Of a DNA stretch of 64,000 nt, positions 1 to 7,493 are shown one piece after another. A program made the translations under genes and the position numbers. Position 1 is the first letter of the stretch, and the number at the start of each line of letters is the position of its first letter. Source of the stretch: Bacteroidales bacterium (GTDB taxonomy: Bacteria > Bacteroidota > Bacteroidia > Bacteroidales > UBA1715); NCBI GenBank assembly GCA_024402335.1, contig JAKSTZ010000001.1, positions 23,687-87,686 of the forward strand, given 5' to 3'. Under the pieces are notes generated by a model. That model did not search any database. It was given only the letters and a program-made list of their open reading frames with translations, and was not told where the DNA came from.

Positions 1-40
1 ATTATTTTCGGATATAGCGACTATAATAGATACCTTCATA

Positions 41-454
41 CTATTTATTTTCTGGCATATATGTCAACAAGGTTTTGTACAATTCAGGATAGAATGTTTC
101 CAAAGAAACGAATTTCCCATTTGTATCCATAAAGCAATGAGAACTAGTTCCGTTTGCAACAACTTTTCCTTCGACAGTCATGGTATAACCCAGCACTAAC
201 TTAAATGAAGAACAACGCAAAACAGAAACTGCAATTGCTATTTCTTGTGCAAATGTCGTTGTCTTTTTGTAATCGCAAGTAACGCCAACTACAGGAGAGA
301 CCAAGCCATCAGCCTCCATTCTGTCAAAACCATATCCAACTTTTTCAAGAAAATCTACACGGGCTTCTTCCATAAAACGGATATAATTTGAATGATGCGT
401 TATTTGCATCTTGTCTGTTTCGTAATAATGAACTTTGTGAATATATGGTTCCAT
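41..454 (-). CDS. acyl-CoA thioesterase, 4HBT/YbgC-like hotdog fold
   Basis: 137-aa ORF. The N-terminus VHYYETDKMQITHHSNYIRFMEEAR matches the conserved opening of YbgC/4HBT thioesterases. ATG at 452-454 and TAG at 41-43 were checked. Confidence 0.75.
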   Translation of the reverse strand: MEPYIHKVHYYETDKMQITHHSNYIRFMEEARVDFLEKVGYGFDRMEADGLVSPVVGVTCDYKKTTTFAQEIAIAVSVLRCSSFKLVLGYTMTVEGKVVANGTSSHCFMDTNGKFVSLETFYPELYKTLLTYMPENK

Positions 455-551
455 AATCTTTGTTTTTTTATCGGGCGTATGCGATACGCCCCTACATTCG
501 TTTTTATTTTTCTTTTATAGACAAGGTAGAACCGTTGTCCCTACGGTTAAT

Positions 552-1442
552 TTATACCGACACCTCGCCTTTAATTGCTGGGTGTGGATCGTAATTCAAA
601 ATTTTTATATCGTCTATCGTAAAATCGAAAATGTTTGTAATGTTTGGATTCAATTCCAATGTTGGTAATTGACGTGGTTCACGACTAATTTGCAACTTAC
701 ATTGTTCCACATGATTATTATAAATATGGACATCACCGAATGTATGAACGAATTCACCAGCCTGCAAGCCACACACTTGTGCCAACATGTGAGTTAACAA
801 CGCATACGACGCAATATTAAACGGAACGCCCAAAAACAAATCCGCACTACGTTGATATAATTGGCAAGAAAGTTTACCGTCAGAAACATAGAATTGGAAC
901 AATGTGTGACAAGGTGGCAATGCCATATCTTCAACCATTGCAGCATTCCAAGAGCTAAGCAATAAGCGACGGGAATTAGGGTTATTTTTTATTTGATCAA
1001 CCAACTGTGTTATTTGATCAACCTCGCCACCATCGTATGTTGGCCAATGACGCCATTGGTAACCATACACCGGACCAAGTTTCCCCCATTTTTTCACAAA
1101 CTCAGAATCTGCGTCTGCATTTTTTATCATTTCTGCAAATTCCTCAATAGACTCTCCTTTGTATTCAGAAGATTGCTTGTATTCCTTATATGGCCAATCG
1201 TCCCAAATATGTACGTTATTGTCAACCAAATACTTGATATTCGTATCGCCTTTCAAGAACCAAAGAAGTTCATGAATAATGCCACGAGTGTACACTTTTT
1301 TTGTTGTCAACAAAGGGAAACCTTTTTGCAAATCAAAACGCATTTGATATCCAAAAATGCTCGTAGTACCAGTTCCTGTACGGTCAGCCTTACGTGCTCC
1401 TTCGTCAAGTATCTTTTTAACTAAATCAAGATATTGTTGCAT
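552..1442 (-). CDS. thyA: thymidylate synthase
   Basis: 296 aa. Motifs seen: DRTGTGT, the catalytic Cys in [12 protein letters not shown], and [20 protein letters not shown]. Collinear with E. coli ThyA apart from a ~35-aa insertion after IWDDW. Confidence 0.95.
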   Translation of the reverse strand: MQQYLDLVKKILDEGARKADRTGTGTTSIFGYQMRFDLQKGFPLLTTKKVYTRGIIHELLWFLKGDTNIKYLVDNNVHIWDDWPYKEYKQSSEYKGESIEEFAEMIKNADADSEFVKKWGKLGPVYGYQWRHWPTYDGGEVDQITQLVDQIKNNPNSRRLLLSSWNAAMVEDMALPPCHTLFQFYVSDGKLSCQLYQRSADLFLGVPFNIASYALLTHMLAQVCGLQAGEFVHTFGDVHIYNNHVEQCKLQISREPRQLPTLELNPNITNIFDFTIDDIKILNYDPHPAIKGEVSV

Positions 1443-1454
1443 ACTAAAAAAATC

Positions 1455-1462
1455 TATTTTTG
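1455..1462 (+). promoter_or_regulatory. Bacteroidota -7 promoter motif TAnnTTTG upstream of the OM-protein gene
   Basis: TAttTTTG, 22 nt upstream of ATG 1485, inside the 42-bp divergent spacer shared with thyA. Confidence 0.45.
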
Positions 1463-1484
1463 CAAAGATAGAAAATTCATTTCA

Positions 1485-4400
1485 ATGAAAAGATTGTGCG
1501 CCATAGTTTTATTTCTACTCTGTGTCAACGGATTATTTGCACAATTCTATAACGGAATGAACCAAGACTTTGGCAAGAATCGCATACAATACGACGAAAA
1601 ATTTTGGCTGTATCTCCGACACGACAACTACGACGTGTACTACGACAAAGCGGGCAGGCAGCTTGCCGATTTTGTTTCCAAACATGTTGACACCAATTAT
1701 GCTGACATAAAAAAAACTCTGGAATTTGAATATTCCCGCCGTATCGTTTTTATTGTGTACAATACTTTGAGCGACTTCCGTCAAAGTAATATTGGATATT
1801 CAACCTCGGAAGACGACTACAATGTAGGCGGAACAACTCAAACGATAGACAATAAAGTCGTGCTATACTATTCCGGCGATCATAATGACTTGATTCGACA
1901 GATTCGAAAAGGTATCTCCGAAGTTATGCTCAACGAATTTCTTTTTGGCATAGGTGTGTATCGACGTATCTTGTCGAACACTACTCTTTCGTCATATCCG
2001 GAATGGTTTTTCGATGGTCTTACCGAATATTTTTCTCATAGCTGGACAAGCGACAAAAAAGACTATATCGAACAACAACTCAGTCAAAAACAATACACCA
2101 AAATATCACAACTATATGGCGATGACGCCCGCATTTTAGGTGAAGCTGTTTGGTTCTATGTAAATGAAAAGTTTGGCGAAAAAGCAATCGCCAACATTCT
2201 TTATATGAGCAAACTAACAGATGATATTGATGCCAGTTTTCAATATGTAATTGGGAAAGATTTGCAAACAGTCTTGCAGGAAATGCACTATTTCTTTTCT
2301 CAAAATACAAACGAGACTATAACCGCAAACACATCTATTCCAAAACGAATAGCAAAACAAGAGATTTCCAACTTCGCGATGCAACCACAAGCGAAACAAC
2401 TTGCCTTTGTCACAAACAAAAAAGGTAAAGCGAAATTATGGACCTACGATTACAGCACGGACAAATGTAAAAAAATCATGAGGATAGGTTCTGAAATAGA
2501 ACAAGTTACAGACTACCGATACCCTATTGTGCAATGGCATCCAACGGCAAATGCGTTGGCTTATTTCTATGAAAAGCACAACCAACTTTGGTTCACCATC
2601 TACTCACCCGACACGAAAGACAAGGTCACAAAAAAGTTCCATCATTTTGAACAAATTCTTGATTTCTCGTATGCTCCCGACGGGCGTTCCATAGTGTTCT
2701 CGGGCGTACAAGCAGGACAAACCGATTTGTTTTCCTACAACATACAAACATTTGAAAACGAGCAACTAACCAACGACAAAGCTGACGAACGACACCCGAC
2801 ATTTATTCAAAACGGCAATGCTGTTTTGTTTTCTTCGAACCGTGCAGACAACGATTTACATAACGTAAACCAAGACATACAAAACAATTATGATCTTTTT
2901 ATTCTAAGAAAAGATTCGCTACAACGCTTACCTATTTCTTCTGCAAACGAATGTAAGCCGTTGGAGTACACAAATGGTAAATACCTCTATTTGTCCGACA
3001 TCACCGGAAAATCACAATTATATGCTATAACAACCGACAGCACAATCAGCTATATCGACACTGCCGTACATTATTCGTATTCCAACAATCATTTTGTTGT
3101 AAAACAACCTACATTCAATATAAACGATTTCACATACGCAAATGGAGCATTAGTGCAACTTGGGAAAAACAAGAAAAAGACAGTGATAAATACCTCAAGT
3201 ATTTATGAGAAGAATTTCGCTCCTTTACAAATAATCGATAGTTCAACATTTGTAGAAACAGTAAATCCTATACCTGCCGACACACTACGTGACGAAACTC
3301 ACGCCGGGAACTTGTATAAAACAAACTTCTACATTAACAAATTAGTAAATCAGCTTGACTTCAGCTTTGTAAACACTGGTTACCAAGCATTTACAGGACG
3401 GGAATACGACTATTCTCAAAACCTTAATGTCTTATTTAAATTAGGAATAATTGATTTATTCGAAGACTACAGACTTACCGGCGCATATCGATTTACCGGT
3501 ACATTCGGTACAAACGAATATCTCATTTCACTCGAAAACATCAGCAAACGACTTGACCGACAATATATTTTCCACCGTCAATCGGCATTGACATACGACA
3601 ATAGCGCCACATCATTGGTCAGAGCGCAAGACAATAATTTCTTGGCACGATTCACCTACCCGTTCACGCAAACGCAATCGATTTCGTTCGACCCAAACAT
3701 ACGCTACATTCGTAATGTAACCTTGGCAACCGACATGAACACATTGACGAAACCAACCTCTGACGAAATTTGGCTCGGACTTTCGTGCAACTATGTGTTC
3801 GACAACGTACGCAAACGCGACGTCAACATTTACAATGGCACACGTGCGAAAATATTTGCCGAAGCATTTGCGCAGGCAAACGCGAGTGACTCCTACCTCT
3901 GTGTTTTTGGATTTGATGCACGGCATTATCAAAAAATCCATAGAAACATGATAGTTGCAGCAAGATTGGCGTATAGTTCCTCATTTGGGACATCACCACT
4001 TCTATATTATTTAGGTGCAGTTGACAATTGGCTAAATTTGTTCGGGAAACACGAAACATACAATTCTGCAATACAATACGACCATACTGTAGATTGGGCA
4101 TATCAAGCAATAGCGACAAACATGCGTGGCTTTTCGCAAAATATTAGAAACGGTAATTCATTTGTCGTTGCAAACATTGAATTTCGATGGCCGTTTATTC
4201 AATATTTTAGTACCAAACCTCTTCGCTCCGACATTTTCCGTAATCTACAGATTATTGGTTTTGCAGATGCCGGCGGCGCTTGGAGCGGCTTCTATCCTGG
4301 ACAAAAAGAGAACGCCTACAATTACACAATCATAGACAAACAACCTATCTATGTAAAAATCGACGAAATGCGACAACCATTTGTCTGCAGCTACGGATTC

Positions 4401-4511
4401 GGATTCCGTACCCGCCTCTTCGGCTACTTTGTACGACTTGATTTCGGCTGGGGCTACGACGAAGGCAACATACAACAAATGAATCAATTCTCCGTAGGAA
4501 TGGACTTTTAA
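1485..4511 (+). CDS. outer-membrane protein with TolB-like beta-propeller repeats and a C-terminal Omp85-like beta-barrel
   Basis: ORF-track 1434..4511 trimmed to ATG 1485, which gives the signal peptide MKRLCAIVLFLLCVNGLFAQ. PD40-like repeat strings are present (HPTFIQNGNAVLFSSNRAD, YAPDGRSIVFSG). The C-terminus GFGFRTRLFGYFVRLDFGWGY...SVGMDF ends in Phe, as OM barrels do. Confidence 0.6.
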   Translation: MKRLCAIVLFLLCVNGLFAQFYNGMNQDFGKNRIQYDEKFWLYLRHDNYDVYYDKAGRQLADFVSKHVDTNYADIKKTLEFEYSRRIVFIVYNTLSDFRQSNIGYSTSEDDYNVGGTTQTIDNKVVLYYSGDHNDLIRQIRKGISEVMLNEFLFGIGVYRRILSNTTLSSYPEWFFDGLTEYFSHSWTSDKKDYIEQQLSQKQYTKISQLYGDDARILGEAVWFYVNEKFGEKAIANILYMSKLTDDIDASFQYVIGKDLQTVLQEMHYFFSQNTNETITANTSIPKRIAKQEISNFAMQPQAKQLAFVTNKKGKAKLWTYDYSTDKCKKIMRIGSEIEQVTDYRYPIVQWHPTANALAYFYEKHNQLWFTIYSPDTKDKVTKKFHHFEQILDFSYAPDGRSIVFSGVQAGQTDLFSYNIQTFENEQLTNDKADERHPTFIQNGNAVLFSSNRADNDLHNVNQDIQNNYDLFILRKDSLQRLPISSANECKPLEYTNGKYLYLSDITGKSQLYAITTDSTISYIDTAVHYSYSNNHFVVKQPTFNINDFTYANGALVQLGKNKKKTVINTSSIYEKNFAPLQIIDSSTFVETVNPIPADTLRDETHAGNLYKTNFYINKLVNQLDFSFVNTGYQAFTGREYDYSQNLNVLFKLGIIDLFEDYRLTGAYRFTGTFGTNEYLISLENISKRLDRQYIFHRQSALTYDNSATSLVRAQDNNFLARFTYPFTQTQSISFDPNIRYIRNVTLATDMNTLTKPTSDEIWLGLSCNYVFDNVRKRDVNIYNGTRAKIFAEAFAQANASDSYLCVFGFDARHYQKIHRNMIVAARLAYSSSFGTSPLLYYLGAVDNWLNLFGKHETYNSAIQYDHTVDWAYQAIATNMRGFSQNIRNGNSFVVANIEFRWPFIQYFSTKPLRSDIFRNLQIIGFADAGGAWSGFYPGQKENAYNYTIIDKQPIYVKIDEMRQPFVCSYGFGFRTRLFGYFVRLDFGWGYDEGNIQQMNQFSVGMDF

Positions 4512-4857
4512 ATAGTGATTAATGATTAATGTTTAGTGATTAATAAACTAAAAATAACGTTTACTTAAATATATACTTTCTTTACTATCCTATATTCATT
4601 ATATCTATGTTCTAAGAAACAAACATCCCCGTAGGGGATATATGTCTGTAGAATGCATAATATTTTCTCTTAAAACAACTCCGTAGGAGTTGCATTGTTT
4701 TTATAATAGAGATTCCCCTTAATGATAGCCCCTTTCGACTTCACGAATGAGCGTTAAGAAAAACGACGGAATGAAGCGTTAAAAAGGATTTGATGCCTCC
4801 GGCAATGCCATTGGGAAATCTAACCACTCGGCATTCCAAATCCTTTAGCGGAATGCA

Positions 4858-4975
4858 GTCGTTTTTTAGCGAAGGCGTGGGTCGATGGCGTTCTTTTGGT
4901 TACTTTTCTTTCGCTATTGAAAGAAAAGTAACATAACTCCATTTTTTATCTATTGCCAACTAATATATCATTCCC
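4858..4975 (+). repeat. intergenic hairpin-forming repeat element, copy A
   Basis: Contains a perfect 14-bp hairpin gttacttttctttc-gctatt-gaaagaaaagtaac (4899-4932). The 25-mer 4908-4932 and the 26-mer 4950-4975 recur as exact reverse complements at 26394-26418 and 26340-26365. The 12-mer tttttagcgaag (4863-4874) recurs at 26476-26487. Confidence 0.7.
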
Positions 4976-5044
4976 ATAGTAATTATTTATTTGAAAGTAT
5001 TTTTCCAACTCTCAATACTCTTCATTAATAAATCGAACTACTAT

Positions 5045-6823
5045 TTACTGAATCTTCTTAAAGAAGTTACTTCGAATCATTTTATCGGAAAGGATATAAG
5101 CTTCGTTTTCTGTTATAGGTCGATTTTTGCGAGCAACACTATCTAACAAATTCACTCCAAAGCCTTTCCAATAATACCCTTCCGCACCTATACAATGTAA
5201 AATTGTGGGGAATATATCCATTTGATAACACTCTTCATCAACAACCACTTTTTCTCCAATATTTGGAGAATATATTATTAATGGACAAAAGGATTCTTCC
5301 TCTGGAATTGGATAATGATACTTACGAGCAAATGGCTGAAAATCTCTTAGCAACGAACTTTTAAAAATTGTATGATCCCCCGTTATTACAACGGTGGTAT
5401 TATCCAATAAAGAATCTCGTTCCAATTTATCTAACAAAAGGCCTATACAACTATCTGCATAATGAACAGACTGCAAATAATTCTTCATTGTTTCTGGCAT
5501 ATCGTCAATAAGAGACAATCTTTCGCTCTCAACATGAGAAAATGGTGCATGCGTTGTCGCGGTAATTTCTTGCAAACAAAAATTTTCTCTTTCTTTAATA
5601 CTATCCAATCGATATAACATTCTATTTAAAATCTCTGCATCATCAAAAGTAGCCTTCTCTCCCAAACGTTCATCTGTATATTCGTAGCCATAGCTCAAAG
5701 ATACCATAGATTGATTCCAAGTATTAGGAGAAGGATTTATAACAACACTATTATAAAAATGAGCAAAATTTGGATATACATTGTCTCCAAACAACATACA
5801 AGCAGCCCCTTTTTGTAAAGGAAGTAATCCTGTATTAACAATCATTTGCCCATCACCAGACGAGCCCATCTTTGCTTGTGAACGAATATGCGAGGCATAT
5901 AAAACATTTCGTTCATTAACCAATCGATTCAGATTTTTCGTGACCTCTATTCCTTTTTCATCTTTCAGAAACATTGTCCAACTTTCAAAACTTTCAAAAA
6001 GCACAACAATAAGATTACCTTTGACCTTTATAGGTTTATTTAACGAATAAAACTCAGATATACGAGATTCATCTATTGAAGAAAGTAGATTTTCTTCTGT
6101 AATATTTTTCTTATACATGACACTCTCCCATTTGTAATAAATATAAGCAGGTAAAAAATGTAATGGTGTTCCATTTTCAACCCAAGAATATTTCATTACC
6201 CCACCTCCAGCACACTCTCCACGAGCAATTTGTCTTGCACCTTGAAACATATTACACTGCCAAGAATTTTTCATCTCTTGTTTTCCATAACCTAATAGAA
6301 AATCATAACCCAATAGTAAGAACGTTATCAATTGACATAGAAAAAACAATCTTAAACTACCCGACTTTATATTCTTATTTTGCTTATTAATAAAATAGAA
6401 TACAATACTATACAAAATTGTAAAAGCAAGACATAATACCAAATTCCAATCTACATATGTAACAATAGCCCCCCAAAAGCCTGACATATTACCAATCATT
6501 TCAATGACTTCAACATCAATAAACAAGTCATTGGCTCGATAATAAATATAATTTGCAACCAACCATATATCTACAAGAATAATTATGGGGATACTCCACC
6601 AACCTTTTTTTGATATAAATAAGAAACTGGCTATAAAAACAGCAGGAAGTATTTTTGCAAAATAAAACGCAAAGAATTCACTAGGAGAAGAAATTAAAGA
6701 ACCTATCGCCAAATAATGAAAACAACCATAATGAAAAGCCAAACACTTAAAAAATATTATTGTAAAAAACAGGAAGAACTTTTTCAACAAAACGATTTCT
6801 TCCCTACATAGTTTTAAACCCAT
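5045..6823 (-). CDS. LTA synthase family / sulfatase-like phosphoglycerol transferase, membrane-anchored
   Basis: 592 aa. About 5 N-terminal TM segments are followed by an alkaline-phosphatase-superfamily domain (VVLFESFESW, NTGLLP, VVITGDHT). Confidence 0.75.
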   Translation of the reverse strand: MGLKLCREEIVLLKKFFLFFTIIFFKCLAFHYGCFHYLAIGSLISSPSEFFAFYFAKILPAVFIASFLFISKKGWWSIPIIILVDIWLVANYIYYRANDLFIDVEVIEMIGNMSGFWGAIVTYVDWNLVLCLAFTILYSIVFYFINKQNKNIKSGSLRLFFLCQLITFLLLGYDFLLGYGKQEMKNSWQCNMFQGARQIARGECAGGGVMKYSWVENGTPLHFLPAYIYYKWESVMYKKNITEENLLSSIDESRISEFYSLNKPIKVKGNLIVVLFESFESWTMFLKDEKGIEVTKNLNRLVNERNVLYASHIRSQAKMGSSGDGQMIVNTGLLPLQKGAACMLFGDNVYPNFAHFYNSVVINPSPNTWNQSMVSLSYGYEYTDERLGEKATFDDAEILNRMLYRLDSIKERENFCLQEITATTHAPFSHVESERLSLIDDMPETMKNYLQSVHYADSCIGLLLDKLERDSLLDNTTVVITGDHTIFKSSLLRDFQPFARKYHYPIPEEESFCPLIIYSPNIGEKVVVDEECYQMDIFPTILHCIGAEGYYWKGFGVNLLDSVARKNRPITENEAYILSDKMIRSNFFKKIQ

Positions 6824-6897
6824 AAGTGATTGATATTTTTTGCATCACTACCAATCACTTACGAGCAGGCAAGAAAAAAAGGCGCGAACCTTTCTAC

Positions 6898-7066
6898 TCA
6901 CATTCACGAGGAGCGTCGGAGAACCCCGTTTACTCTCATAGATTAGCCCACGCCTAAAGGCGAGAGCACTAACATTAATGAGAGTAACGGCAACGATGCT
7001 TCCGTGAATTTGCTTTATCCGATTATTCTAAACAACCAGTTTCCGACGCTTTTTGTTTGAATGTGA
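6898..7066. repeat. ~170-nt nested inverted-repeat / long imperfect hairpin in an ORF-free spacer
   Basis: Nested complementary pairs: tcacattca 6898-6906 / tgaatgtga 7058-7066; gcgtcgga 6913-6920 / tccgacgc 7042-7049; cgtttactctcat 6927-6939 / atgagagtaacg 6978-6989 (one bulge); apical cgcc-taaa-ggcg 6951-6962. Confidence 0.6.
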
Positions 7067-7209
7067 ATAATAGCTAATGCGTATGTTAAACGTTATTTAT
7101 TTCTGTTTCGTTATATATTTTTATTTGTTGCTCAAAGATTGTAAAATTTCTATAAACTTCCAAAACTCTATTTTTTGAAGAAGTATAACTCTTGACATAT
7201 TAAACATAG

Positions 7210-7217
7210 TAATTTTG
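7210..7217 (+). promoter_or_regulatory. TAnnTTTG motif with no ORF downstream for 270 nt
   Basis: TAatTTTG, preceded 14 nt upstream by cTTGACAt (7189-7196). Directly followed by a hairpin-dense segment. Confidence 0.35.
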
Positions 7218-7223
7218 GCATTT

Positions 7224-7410
7224 CATTGCCTGGCAAGGCAATAATTCAGTAACCCGGAACGGAGTCTCGGGATAACACTACACCATCACAAAATGGCTGA
7301 AAGCCATTACAAATTTCAAGTATTGGTTTCCAACCAAATTTATATTCCACATCGCAAACCGGAGACTGCATCCCTGGTTACTCAAATGTTGGCTTTCCGC
7401 CATCGTTTTT
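7224..7410 (+). ncRNA. candidate structured small RNA or leader (unclassified)
   Basis: Follows TAatTTTG (7210-7217). Hairpin attgcct-ggca-aggcaat (7225-7242). Long-range helices gtaacc 7249-7254 / ggttac 7376-7381 and agtctc 7263-7268 / gagact 7362-7367 enclose the hairpins aatggct-gaa-agccatt (7292-7308) and ttgg-ttt-ccaa (7323-7333). Ends with the weak stem tggc-tttcc-gcca plus tcgttttt (7390-7410). No ORF of 60 aa or more. Confidence 0.3.
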
Positions 7411-7467
7411 AGACAATTTGTATATACATTTTACTTTTAATCTGTATAGAATCCCACGTACATTTAT

Positions 7468-7475
7468 TACTTTTG
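7468..7475 (+). promoter_or_regulatory. TAnnTTTG promoter motif for the esterase gene
   Basis: TActTTTG, 18 nt upstream of ATG 7494. Confidence 0.45.
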
Positions 7476-7493
7476 AAGAAAGAAATTATTACA

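Noticed and set aside
473-548. Two hairpins between thyA and the thioesterase gene (gggcgtat-gcg-atacgccc at 473-491; aaccgt-tgtccct-acggtt at 530-548)
   Set aside because: On the transcribed (minus) strand neither is followed by a U-tract, so I did not call an intrinsic terminator. They may be weak terminators or 5'-UTR structure, but the evidence is insufficient.
993-1424. 143-aa ORF on the plus strand inside thyA
   Set aside because: It is entirely antisense to a confidently identified, motif-complete thyA. Its composition is typical of a shadow frame and it has no recognisable domain.
7216-7230. Sigma-54-like -24/-12 element TTGGCAtttcaTTGCc (rpoN is in the window)
   Set aside because: GG and GC are separated by 9 nt rather than the strictly required 10. 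It also overlaps the stem of a hairpin, so I consider it a chance resemblance.
7249-7381. Inverton (invertible promoter) interpretation of the imperfect inverted arms flanking a minus-strand TAaaTTTG
   Set aside because: The arms match at only ~12-14 of 20 positions, and no recombinase gene is present in the window. It is kept only as an alternative hypothesis inside the sRNA finding.
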